From NCBI GenBank assembly GCA_016196885.1, contig JACPWU010000020.1, positions 60,001 to 92,000 of the forward strand: DNA of 32,000 nt, written 5' to 3'. Both the position numbers and the translations under genes were made by a program. Origin of the DNA: Chlamydiota bacterium (GTDB taxonomy: Bacteria; Auribacterota; JACPWU01). Of this stretch, positions 16,298 to 25,872 are shown piece by piece; position 1 is the first letter of the stretch; every line of letters begins with the position of its first letter. Below the pieces are notes generated by a model, which worked only from the letters and a program-made list of their open reading frames with translations, did no database searches and had not been told where the DNA came from.

Positions 16298-18742
16298 CTA
16301 AACCGAGTTTTCCTTTAGGCTTAACCTACCGTCAATGCGTTCGATCCGACTTCTGGCCTCTTCTTCCCGACCCTTCTCCAACTCGATCACCTTCTGATAG
16401 AGAATTTTTGCCTCGGAAAAATGGCTCATGTCTTCCTGACATTCAGCAGCCTGAAACAGGGCCTTTAGCTTCCAACTCGGATCTAAGGCGTCATCATAAA
16501 TGATTTTGGTAAAAACATCGCTTGCCTCTTCTATTCGGTCCAGCCTTCTCAGAGAACACCCGATCTTATAGAGGGGTCCCACATTTTTTTCAATCTTCAA
16601 ACCCTTTTCATAAATAGGGATGGCCTCTTGATATTTTTCCATGAAAAAGAGACAGTCCCCCCACCTCTCAAAGGCATCCGAAAGCAAATCCGATTGAGGA
16701 AAAGATTCTACAAAGTTCTGAAAACTTTTTAAAGCCTTCGCATAATCCTTTTTCTCAAAAAGACATTCTCCTTCATAAATCCTCACCCGGGATGTCCACG
16801 AACTCTGAGGATACCTTTCCAAAAACTTCTCAAAATATTGGAGTGCGCTGTCATATTTTCCCTCGTCATAGACACTTCTACCCACAAAGAAAAAGGCATC
16901 ATCTGCTAAATCCAACGTGGGAAATCTCTCGACAATTTTCAAAAAGAAATCTTGCGCCTTTGAAAATTCATTTTCATGAGCATAGATCTCCCCAATGCGA
17001 AGGAGGGCATCTTGAGCTAAATCATCCGATGGATATTGTTCAACATAAGACTGGAATCTCGTCAGGGCCTCTTTAAAATGCATGAGCCGATAAAGGCACC
17101 AAGCGCTTTCATACAGCGCCTTTCGGACATACGAACCTAAAAAATATTTCTTTCTCAAAAGATCATATTCTCCCAGGGCCTTGTCGAATTCGTTCAAATT
17201 AAAATAGCAGTTGCCCATCTTAAAACGGGCTTCCTCCTGGAGAGAACTCCCAGGGTATTCCTGTAAAAATTTCTCATAGATTTTGATGGACTCCTCGTAC
17301 TCGCCTTCCCGAAAATAAGCCCACCCCATTTTCATCAAGGCCGATTCCCTGAGGGAACTCTGAGAATGATTCTCAACCAACAACTCATAAGTCCGTATCG
17401 CCTCGTTAAACAACCTTAACTTTAAGTCCGCATTCCCAATCTGGTAAAGGGCCTCCTCTACCCAATGGCTTTCAGGATATCGCGTGAGGACATTGCGATA
17501 CCGCCTCATCGCTCGATGATATTTCTTCTGAGAATAAAAAACATCCCCCTTGCGTTTTTCGCACTCTGCTCTTAAATCTTCCTTGACCGTGATGGACTGA
17601 CAATCTCTAAAATATTTCAAGGCGCTTTTGTAATCTTTCATCTTAAAAAAACACCAGGCCATTCCATAAAGGGCTCTATCTTTTTTAGAATCACAGGCAT
17701 TGAACACCTCCTGAAAAGCGTGCAAGGAAGGTTCGATATGCCCTGCACTGAGGCGCGTGAAAGCCAACTTCTCCTTGGCCTCACAGATTTCCTCAGGGTC
17801 GGTCAAGCGCCTTAGAAACTTTTCCAGATAAAGCTCGGCCTCTTGATATCTTTTTAAAAAAAGATCCGCTTCCGCAATTTTGAAAACCACCTCTTTTTGA
17901 TAAGGATTGTCTATCCAAACCCTTTGCAGTTCCTCAAAAACCTTGATCTCACTCACATAATCCTTCACACTAAAATAACACCATCCAATGCCGTAAAGGG
18001 CATGAGCCACCCACTCCCCCTTTGGAGACAAGGACAAGGCCTTCTGATACGCCTTGATGGCCGAAAAATACTCCCCACTCCCATAGCAAGATTCGGCCAT
18101 CCAAAAATAGGCATCCGCCACACGAATTCCTCTTGGAAACTGTCGAAGATAATTTTTGAATTTTTCTTCCGCTTCGAGATTTCGTTTCATCTCTAAAATG
18201 CACTTCGCCTCCATAAAGCAGGCCTCTTGATAAATTTCCCCATCTATCTTCATCCCTTGAAGGTCTCTAAAAAGACTTGCCGACTTCTCAAAATTTTTCA
18301 GCCGATAAGAAGACCATGCCCATGTGTTGATCACATGTTCTTTGAGAGGAGAAGAGATATTTTTAAGATTGAAATCCTCTAGGGTATGGAAGGACTTTTC
18401 AAACTCACCTTTTTTAAAAAAACTTTCCCCCAACCAATAGAGCGTCTCTTCTCTCAATAAACTCCTGGGATATTTTTTAAGCAGTTGATCAAAATCATTG
18501 ATTGCCTGATCAAAATGTCCTTCGAAATAAAAAACTTTTCCCAGAAGCATTAGCCCTTCGTCCACCTTCTGGGACGAGGGATATTGACGTAAAAATTTCG
18601 AGAGCTGACGCTCGGCCACATAATAAAGCCGGTCGTCAAAGGCCCGTCTGGCTAAATAAAGCAAGTTATCTTCATCATCTTGAAAGGCCCACGAAAAAGG
18701 GCTGAAAAACAAAAAAACAAGGCAAGCAAGCATTTTTGACAT
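16298..18742 (-). CDS. Large secreted TPR-repeat protein (YbgF/BamD-like repeats)
   Basis: Many TPR units of the form A..Y..G..Y...G.Y..A. The start is trimmed to ATG 18742 (MSKMLACLVFLFFSPFSWAFQ, a signal peptide). The track start 18880 would overlap the divergent gene. The stop lies 5 nt before the barrel-gene start. Confidence 0.8.
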   Translation of the reverse strand: MSKMLACLVFLFFSPFSWAFQDDEDNLLYLARRAFDDRLYYVAERQLSKFLRQYPSSQKVDEGLMLLGKVFYFEGHFDQAINDFDQLLKKYPRSLLREETLYWLGESFFKKGEFEKSFHTLEDFNLKNISSPLKEHVINTWAWSSYRLKNFEKSASLFRDLQGMKIDGEIYQEACFMEAKCILEMKRNLEAEEKFKNYLRQFPRGIRVADAYFWMAESCYGSGEYFSAIKAYQKALSLSPKGEWVAHALYGIGWCYFSVKDYVSEIKVFEELQRVWIDNPYQKEVVFKIAEADLFLKRYQEAELYLEKFLRRLTDPEEICEAKEKLAFTRLSAGHIEPSLHAFQEVFNACDSKKDRALYGMAWCFFKMKDYKSALKYFRDCQSITVKEDLRAECEKRKGDVFYSQKKYHRAMRRYRNVLTRYPESHWVEEALYQIGNADLKLRLFNEAIRTYELLVENHSQSSLRESALMKMGWAYFREGEYEESIKIYEKFLQEYPGSSLQEEARFKMGNCYFNLNEFDKALGEYDLLRKKYFLGSYVRKALYESAWCLYRLMHFKEALTRFQSYVEQYPSDDLAQDALLRIGEIYAHENEFSKAQDFFLKIVERFPTLDLADDAFFFVGRSVYDEGKYDSALQYFEKFLERYPQSSWTSRVRIYEGECLFEKKDYAKALKSFQNFVESFPQSDLLSDAFERWGDCLFFMEKYQEAIPIYEKGLKIEKNVGPLYKIGCSLRRLDRIEEASDVFTKIIYDDALDPSWKLKALFQAAECQEDMSHFSEAKILYQKVIELEKGREEEARSRIERIDGRLSLKENSV

Positions 18743-18851
18743 ATTTGAAATTCCTGATGAGAGAAGGAAATCAATATACTCCCAGAAAAGCTTGAAATCC
18801 AGGATTTTGGTTGATTTCTTACTCCCTTTTTTGATAGTAAAGAGACCTCTC

Positions 18852-19487
18852 ATGAAACCGGGATCTCTCATTTTTAACATTATCTTTTATTTATTTCTTC
18901 TTCTACTTCTACAAGATCCCATCTATGCTGAAGACCTTTCTTTTCTAGGACACGCCTTTATCGAATACAAACTGACGGGTAAAAATGAGGGGAGTGAAGA
19001 ACTCTACATCAAGAATAATAAGATTCGCTCGATCACACGACTGAACACCTCTGTCCATACTTCTACCATTGTCATTGACCTCTTGTACATGATCGAGGGT
19101 TCCGACATCATCCTTGTCGATTTCAACCAACGAGAAGGGAGTAGAATCAAAAACAGCTTCGACAAATCCGTGAGTGAAATGACCGATGAAGAAAAGAGGA
19201 TATTTAAAAGAGAAATTCTTACCGGACTTCCCAGGCAAAGTGAATTTGAAGACCTTGGACGTGAAACCATCCTGGGAAAGGACTGCCTCATCCTAAAGGC
19301 TCAGCTTAAAGAAATAACCATGAAAATATGGATTTGGAACGACCTCGTTCTAAAAAGCGAAATGACAGGCTCCATCACATTCAGCAAAGTGGCCACTCAG
19401 ATAGACACCTCATCGCCCATTTCAAAAGATTTGTTTCAAGTTCCATTGGATATTAAAATAAAAGAAAAAATGACAAATAACCCATAA
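18852..19487 (+). CDS. Hypothetical secreted protein
   Basis: The start is trimmed to ATG 18852 (MKPGSLIFNIIFYLFLLLLLQDPIYA, a signal peptide). The body is beta-rich, and I recognise no motif with confidence. Confidence 0.6.
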   Translation: MKPGSLIFNIIFYLFLLLLLQDPIYAEDLSFLGHAFIEYKLTGKNEGSEELYIKNNKIRSITRLNTSVHTSTIVIDLLYMIEGSDIILVDFNQREGSRIKNSFDKSVSEMTDEEKRIFKREILTGLPRQSEFEDLGRETILGKDCLILKAQLKEITMKIWIWNDLVLKSEMTGSITFSKVATQIDTSSPISKDLFQVPLDIKIKEKMTNNP

Positions 19488-19590
19488 CAAATGTCAAATG
19501 AACGACCCATGACTCAATGTCCAATAGGTGATTGGGAAATGGGTGAATTGGGAATTAATTTGTCATTTGTTATGGGTCATTGGACATTGT
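19480..19590. terminator. Bidirectional hairpin region between convergent genes, spanning both stop codons
   Basis: acccataacaaatgtcaaat (19480-19499) matches the reverse complement of 19558-19577 at 19 of 20 positions. An alternative 11-bp pairing is caatgtccaat (19515-19525) with attggacattg (19580-19590). Confidence 0.6.
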
Positions 19591-22034
19591 TTTAAACATC
19601 TTCCTGTCACAGACTCCCTCACCTTCTCTATCTCTTCTAGTGTCCCCTGAGCTACAATTTCTCCGCCCCGCTCACCTCCTCCTGGACCCATATCTATTAT
19701 ATAATCCGCACATCGAATCACCTCCAAATGATGTTCAATCACCAAAACGCTATTTCCTTCATCTCTCAATCGAAAGAAGATTTTAAGCAGCCGTTCAACA
19801 TCCACAAGATGGAGCCCCTGGGTCGGCTCGTCAAAAACGTAAAGGGTTCCTTGCAAATGGCGCCGGGCAAGGTCCATCGCCAATTTCATTCGTTGAACTT
19901 CTCCGGAAGAAAGAGTCCTCGAACGCTGTCCCAACTGAAGATAACCCACGCCTACCTCTTTCAAGGATTTAAGAGACAAGAGAATGGAAGGAATGTTTTC
20001 AAAAAAGTGAAGGGCCTCCTCCACCGTCATTCCTAAAACTTCATGGATGTTTCGACCCTTGTATTTAATTTCAAGGGTCTCGCGATTGTAACAGCTCCCC
20101 CGACAGGCCTCGCAAGAAATCTCGAGATCCGCCATCCACATCATCTCCACTTTCTCAAGACCCTCTCCCCGACAAGACTCACACCTTCCACCTTTCACGT
20201 TAAAGCTGAAGCGATTCTCACTGTATCCCCTCAAGCGGCTCTCAGGAACACGAGCAAAGAGTTCGCGAATCTGATCAAAGATCCCTACATAGGTTGACAC
20301 ATTCGAACGAGAATTTTTCCCCATGCCCTGATCATCCACAACCACCAACCTCTTTACCTTGCCCATCCCTTCAAGCTCATCCCAACTTGGATTCAAAATT
20401 TTTTCCTTAGACAAATGCGACTTCAGGGCTCGGCACAAAACATCATTCACAAGAGAAGTTTTTCCAGAACCTGAAACACCCGTCACACAGCAAAAAACCT
20501 CCAATGGAATTTTTACATCTATCTTTTTCAAATTATTTGCCCTGGCCCCTCGTATTTCAAGACAGAAAGGTGACGCCAGACGAGTCGCCTTCCCCAAGGA
20601 AATTCGAAGCTCTCCCCTCAACAATCGTCCGGTCAAAGAAGAGGACTTCTGTAACTGTGCCTTCTTACCAAAGGCGGTCAGCTCGCCGCCTCCAGAGCCC
20701 GCTCTAGGTCCCATCTCCACAATCACATCTGCCGCCTGAATCACCGCTCCATCATGCTCAATCACCAAGACCGTATTGCCCTCGTCCCTCATCTGGTATA
20801 ACAACTTCACAAGACGAGGAACCTCACTGGAGTGAAGCCCTAAGGTAGGTTCATCCAAAATATACAAAACGCCCACCAGGCCCGACGCAATTTGACTTGC
20901 GATCCTCAAACGCTGCAACTCTCCTCGAGAAAGAGAAGACAAACTTCGATTCAAAGAGAGCTCTCCCAATCCTGTGTTCATTAAAAGCTTTAGCTTCGGG
21001 AGGATTTTGGATGAAACCTCCTTTTGAACCTCCTCCCTTTTACGATCGCCAAATTTTAATCGTTCCAAGAAAAGGGATATCTTGGAAAGACGAAGTGAAC
21101 ACAATTCAAAAATAGAATAAGGCCCTACTTTGACACTCAAAGATTCTTTTCTCAGTCGGGCCCCTTGACAAGCCGTGCAAACATTCGAGGTATCTTTTAG
21201 AAACCCCCTCCCGTGGCAATGAGGACAGGCCCCTTGAGGACTGTTGAATGAAAAAAAAGCGGGCGATAATTCTCCATAATGTAAACCACAGGCCAAACAC
21301 CGATACTCCGTACAATAAGTACCATCGAGCCCTGGCTTTTCATCCGAAAAAATCTGAACAACCCCCTCCCCATATCGCAATGCCAATTCGATAGAATCTG
21401 CAATTCTGGTTCTCGCCTCCTCCTTCACCACCAGACGATCCACGACAATCTGAACTTCTCTTGCCTCAAACAAAGACAAACCCTCAAGCTCCGTCAGCTT
21501 GCCATCGATGCGAACCCGGACAAAACCCTCTTTTTGTAAAGTTTCCAAAGACATCTCTTCTGGCTTTGGAGCCAGAATCATGAGAGAGGTTTGTGGCGGT
21601 AGCTCCATCACCTTTGCAATGATTTGCTGGGGGGTAAAACGTTCCAGTCGTTCACCACATTGATAACAAAAAAGATCTCCCGCCTTTGAAAAGAGAAGTC
21701 TTAAAAAATCTGCTATTTCTGTTAAAGTTCCAACTGTGGATCTCAAAGAAACGGAGGTTTGATGAGATGTCAAAAGAAAGGCGGGTGGCAATCCTTCAAT
21801 AAAATCTAGACCAGATCGCGGTAAATCCAAGAAACGAAAGCCAAATTCACTTCCCAAAAATTCTACATATCTTCGCTTGGCCTCTCGATAGATGGTATCT
21901 ATCACCAAGGAGGACTTCCCAGAACCACTCAAACCTGTGACCACAATCAACTGATGATGAGGCAAATCAAGGGTCACATTTTTAAGATAATGTTCCCTGG
22001 CTCCTCGAATGGAAATCTTAGGTTGGATCATCAT
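19563..22034 (-). CDS. uvrA: UvrA-family excinuclease ATPase, short form (823 aa)
   Basis: Two ABC modules with Walker A motifs TGLSGSGKSSLV and TGVSGSGKTSLV, signatures LSRGELQRLRIA and LSSGEVQRMKLA, and Zn-finger CxxC pairs at C123/C126, C246/C249, C270/C273 and C286/C289. Confidence 0.88.
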   Translation of the reverse strand: MMIQPKISIRGAREHYLKNVTLDLPHHQLIVVTGLSGSGKSSLVIDTIYREAKRRYVEFLGSEFGFRFLDLPRSGLDFIEGLPPAFLLTSHQTSVSLRSTVGTLTEIADFLRLLFSKAGDLFCYQCGERLERFTPQQIIAKVMELPPQTSLMILAPKPEEMSLETLQKEGFVRVRIDGKLTELEGLSLFEAREVQIVVDRLVVKEEARTRIADSIELALRYGEGVVQIFSDEKPGLDGTYCTEYRCLACGLHYGELSPAFFSFNSPQGACPHCHGRGFLKDTSNVCTACQGARLRKESLSVKVGPYSIFELCSLRLSKISLFLERLKFGDRKREEVQKEVSSKILPKLKLLMNTGLGELSLNRSLSSLSRGELQRLRIASQIASGLVGVLYILDEPTLGLHSSEVPRLVKLLYQMRDEGNTVLVIEHDGAVIQAADVIVEMGPRAGSGGGELTAFGKKAQLQKSSSLTGRLLRGELRISLGKATRLASPFCLEIRGARANNLKKIDVKIPLEVFCCVTGVSGSGKTSLVNDVLCRALKSHLSKEKILNPSWDELEGMGKVKRLVVVDDQGMGKNSRSNVSTYVGIFDQIRELFARVPESRLRGYSENRFSFNVKGGRCESCRGEGLEKVEMMWMADLEISCEACRGSCYNRETLEIKYKGRNIHEVLGMTVEEALHFFENIPSILLSLKSLKEVGVGYLQLGQRSRTLSSGEVQRMKLAMDLARRHLQGTLYVFDEPTQGLHLVDVERLLKIFFRLRDEGNSVLVIEHHLEVIRCADYIIDMGPGGGERGGEIVAQGTLEEIEKVRESVTGRCLKQCPMTHNK

Positions 22035-22040
22035 TTAAAG

Positions 22041-22121
22041 GTCGCTCGTCGTCCGTATTTCGTCATCCGTTTATAAAAAACCCTCACTTTTACGAAACAC
22101 GAACAACGGACGACGAACGAC
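22041..22121. repeat. Heptamer-periodic hairpin between smc and uvrA
   Basis: 22041-22072 reads gtcgctc|gtcgtcc|gtatttc|gtcatcc|gttt. 22092-22121 reads acgaaac|acgaaca|acggacg|acgaacg|ac. gtcgctcgtcgtccgt (22041-22056) pairs with acggacgacgaacgac (22106-22121) at 15 of 16 positions. Confidence 0.85.
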
Positions 22122-22128
22122 AGTATTT

Positions 22129-25100
22129 TCACCCCGCCACAACCGCCTCACTCTTCGCTTCTTCCTTGGGAAGGCGAATCGAGACAATCTTGGAAATCCC
22201 AGAATCCTCCATCGTCACACCATAAATCACATCGGCAACACTGATGGTTCTCTTGTTGTGAGTAATCAAGATAAACTGAGTCTGGGATTTAAATTCATCG
22301 AGCAAGGAAAGAAAACGCATGATGTTGGATTCATCTAAAGCGGCGTCCATTTCATCCATGAAACAAAAGGGGCTCGGCCTCACCTTAAAAATGGCCAAGA
22401 GAAGTGACACGGCCGTCAAAGTTTTCTCTCCCCCGGAAAGAAGAGAAATCGCCTGAAGTTTTTTCCCAGGCGGCTGCGCCGAAATATTGATTCCACACTC
22501 CAAAACATCCCCATCCTCCAAAAGTTCCACAACTGCCCGCCCGCCTCCAAAGAGCCTTCGATAAATCTCATTAAACGTGTCGCGTATTTTCTCAAAAGTT
22601 CCTACAAATAATTCGCGGATGGTGACATTGATTTTTTGAATGGCCTTCACCAAATCATCTTTTGCGTGCATCAAGTCTTCCTGCTGCTTCAGTAAAAATT
22701 CATATCGGGCACGATGTTCGTCAAATTCCTGAATGGCCACCAAATTCACCTCACCCATTTGCCTCAGCTTTTCCTGAAGCTCTAAAATACGCTGATGAAC
22801 CTCTTCCATGGGCAGAGCCTCCGATTCCAATGGAAACTCAGAAAGAGAGACATCATATTTTTCCTTCATCCTTTGAACTAAATTCTCGCACTGTAACGTG
22901 GCTTGAGCCTTTTTGACCTCTAAATGAGAAAGACTCTCCCGCATCTCATCCAATCGAGCCACATTCCCACTCAAGATTTCTTGATTCTGGCGAATGGTTT
23001 CAGTCATTTTTCCAACCCTTTTCGAAACTTCATCGCGCCTCACCCCTAAAGACACCTTCTCTTGGGAAAAGGATTCTAGATTCTTAGAAAGCAGTTCTAT
23101 CTTGGCCCCCATTTCTGTTTTTTTCGCATGGGCCGCATTCAAATCCAAGTTTCTCTTCTCAATCAAACGCCCCAACTCCTCAAGGCCGGTTTCGAGCTCA
23201 TGAATTCTCTGGGCAAAACGGGCCTCCTCTTCTTCGATGGACCGGCTCATCACCTTCACCTCAGCCAACTCGGACAGCGCCACTTCCTTCTCATTTTCCA
23301 AAGCAGTCACGGTTTGATCCTGATGCGCAATCCCTTCCGCTAAGAGATTGATTTCAAGAGTCAAATGTTTCAAGCGGTCAGAAATCTGAGAAACCATTTT
23401 TTCTAAATCGTTCACCTCCTGCATCAAATCTTTCTCTTCATTTGAAATTCCACTCTCTTCCTCTTGAAGGTCTTTCAACTTGGAAAGCAAGCGCTCGAAA
23501 TGACCTGACACATTGGCCCACTCCAATTCCTTCAAACGCAATTGATCTCGCTCTGTAGAAATCTCCCGATCCAACCTATTTCCCTTTTCCTGAAGAGGCT
23601 CCCTTTTCTTTTCCAAAGCACGAAGACGGCCCGAAATGGCTTCAATATCAGCATCCAAAGCTTGAAGGTCTACGACTGTTTCATCGGAAATCCCATTAAA
23701 ATTCCAAGTCCCATCTCGATCCAACAAATCTCCATCCAAAGTCACAAAGCGAAAACGGCCGAGACTCTCCACAGGAATGGCTTGAAATGAGCGGCTCGTT
23801 TTCAAAATAACCAAATCGCCCAGAATAGAAGCGACCGCATTTTGATATTCTGAAGAACATTGAACCCAATCCTTGGCATAGCCTATAAAGCCATCCAAAC
23901 CTGATAAATCAAATGCTTCAGGACTTGCAACCACCGTGTCCAACGGGAAAAAAACAGTTTGATGAATTTTTTCAATGCGGGTCCGTGTCTCTTTTAGAAT
24001 GCACATCCATTTTCGACCCAGAACTGTTTGAAAGGCCTTCCTCATTTCCCTGGGGATTTTCAAAATACCTTGGAGGGAAATTTCCTTCCCAGCAACAGAC
24101 GATTGAGATTCTTCCTGAAGAGCGCCCAACTGCCAAGCCACTTCACGCTTGGCAGTACATTTAAGAAACTCCCCCTTCTCTTTTTCAATCTCTTCGGAAA
24201 TCTCTTTCATCTCGCCTTCAAAAAAAATTTTCTCGCCCAAGAGAATTTTCAAACGCTCCTCAATTTGCTTCACATCGCAAGACAAACTGTCTTTTAATTG
24301 CTGGCATTGACTTTTCTCATGCTCCTTTTCCTGAATATGGAGCATGACTTTTTCACGCTCTGTCTCCAATTTTTCTTCTCTCAGCACCCAATCTTTCTCG
24401 CGATGGTGATGCACCATTCTCTGATTGTTAAGCTGGGCCTCTTTCTCTTTCAGGTCTAGAAATTGAGCCTTCAGAAGATTGAGTTTTTCCTGACTTTCTT
24501 CAAATTTTTTAATGATGAATTCCAGCCGCGTTTTTCGCCCTTCTAAATCTTCCTTTCGATCCCGATGGGACTCCATAAAGGCCTGACGACCCTTCTCTTC
24601 TTGATCGAGCTCGGACCTCAAAGAAGCGACCCTCTCTTGAGACCGCACCACCTCCTCCTGATCAGAAACCATTCGGAAATCAATCTCGAGAATTCTTTCT
24701 TTCAAAAGTTCAATCTCGCTCCCAGCATTCTGAAACTTATGAAAAAGCTCGGCGTCCCTCTTTTCTAACTGGGCCAGCTCCTCAAAAGTGGATTTGTGAT
24801 TCTTCTCAATTTCCTGAATCTTCCCCTGAAGGGCCTCCACCTCCTTTTGAAACTCATCCCGCAGAAACGTCCTCTCCCCCATCTCAACTTCTAAATTCTT
24901 GAGCTCCAGAGAGCGTTCCTCAAACTCAAGTCTTGCCACTTTTAATTCAAGTGCCTTCAACTCCTCTCGCGCCTCTTGATAACGCCGGGCCTTGCCTGCC
25001 TGCCTCTCCAGAGAAATAATCTGGCGCTTCACCTCGCGAATAATATCCGCCAGCCGAAGCAGATTGGCATCTGTGGACTCCAAGCGATGAAGGCTCGCCA

Positions 25101-25623
25101 CCTTTTTCACTTTATATTTCATAATCCCAGCCGCCTCTTCAAAAACGGCTCGGCGATCTTCAGGCTTGGCGCTTAGAACGAGATCAATTTTCCCCTGTTC
25201 TAAAAGGAAATAGGCGTTGGTGCCAATCCCCGTTCCCATGAACAATTCACGGACGTCACGCAAAAGGCAGGGATTCTGATTAATGAGGTATTGACTCTCT
25301 CCAGATCGGAAAAGTCGGCGAGTGATCGTCACTTCATGATAGCCCAGGGGAAGAACCCCCTCAGCCTCCACAAAAGTCGCTGAAACCTCAGCACGGCCAA
25401 CGGCCTTACGCTGATCGGTCCCATTGAAAATCACATCCTCCATTTGAGCCCCCCTCAAAAGGCGGGGATTCTGCTCACCAAACACCCAGCGAAGGGCATC
25501 CGCCACATTGCTCTTTCCACAACCATTGGGCCCCACAATCGCAGTCAACCCACGTTCAAGTTCCACTCCCATCTTTTCAGCAAAAGACTTGAACCCAACC
25601 ATCTCAATTCTCTTTAAATACAC
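22129..25623 (-). CDS. smc: Chromosome segregation protein SMC
   Basis: N-terminus is YLKRIEMVGFKSF...GPNGCGKSN, followed by about 900 aa of coiled coil with a central hinge. The C-terminus has LSGGEKTLTAVSLLLAIF and FCFMDEMDAALD. It uses a GTG start at 25623 with AAGGGGG upstream. Confidence 0.92.
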   Translation of the reverse strand: MYLKRIEMVGFKSFAEKMGVELERGLTAIVGPNGCGKSNVADALRWVFGEQNPRLLRGAQMEDVIFNGTDQRKAVGRAEVSATFVEAEGVLPLGYHEVTITRRLFRSGESQYLINQNPCLLRDVRELFMGTGIGTNAYFLLEQGKIDLVLSAKPEDRRAVFEEAAGIMKYKVKKVASLHRLESTDANLLRLADIIREVKRQIISLERQAGKARRYQEAREELKALELKVARLEFEERSLELKNLEVEMGERTFLRDEFQKEVEALQGKIQEIEKNHKSTFEELAQLEKRDAELFHKFQNAGSEIELLKERILEIDFRMVSDQEEVVRSQERVASLRSELDQEEKGRQAFMESHRDRKEDLEGRKTRLEFIIKKFEESQEKLNLLKAQFLDLKEKEAQLNNQRMVHHHREKDWVLREEKLETEREKVMLHIQEKEHEKSQCQQLKDSLSCDVKQIEERLKILLGEKIFFEGEMKEISEEIEKEKGEFLKCTAKREVAWQLGALQEESQSSVAGKEISLQGILKIPREMRKAFQTVLGRKWMCILKETRTRIEKIHQTVFFPLDTVVASPEAFDLSGLDGFIGYAKDWVQCSSEYQNAVASILGDLVILKTSRSFQAIPVESLGRFRFVTLDGDLLDRDGTWNFNGISDETVVDLQALDADIEAISGRLRALEKKREPLQEKGNRLDREISTERDQLRLKELEWANVSGHFERLLSKLKDLQEEESGISNEEKDLMQEVNDLEKMVSQISDRLKHLTLEINLLAEGIAHQDQTVTALENEKEVALSELAEVKVMSRSIEEEEARFAQRIHELETGLEELGRLIEKRNLDLNAAHAKKTEMGAKIELLSKNLESFSQEKVSLGVRRDEVSKRVGKMTETIRQNQEILSGNVARLDEMRESLSHLEVKKAQATLQCENLVQRMKEKYDVSLSEFPLESEALPMEEVHQRILELQEKLRQMGEVNLVAIQEFDEHRARYEFLLKQQEDLMHAKDDLVKAIQKINVTIRELFVGTFEKIRDTFNEIYRRLFGGGRAVVELLEDGDVLECGINISAQPPGKKLQAISLLSGGEKTLTAVSLLLAIFKVRPSPFCFMDEMDAALDESNIMRFLSLLDEFKSQTQFILITHNKRTISVADVIYGVTMEDSGISKIVSIRLPKEEAKSEAVVAG

Positions 25624-25872
25624 AACGCCCCCTTTTTACAACATCCTGTGGCCTACAACCTGAACCTACCACAACCTATGGGGGTGTTCAATACAAATAT
25701 CCATATTTTTCGTAAAATTTTCATGTTCCGGTGAGCCCCCACTGTTCAAAGATGCTGCCAACTGTGTGCGATGAAATCCTCCCTTATGTACATGCCTTTT
25801 GATTCAAAGTGGAGTGAGTGGATCGCCGAGATACTCCTTTCATCTCTACCCCAAATAAGATAGGATCAAACC

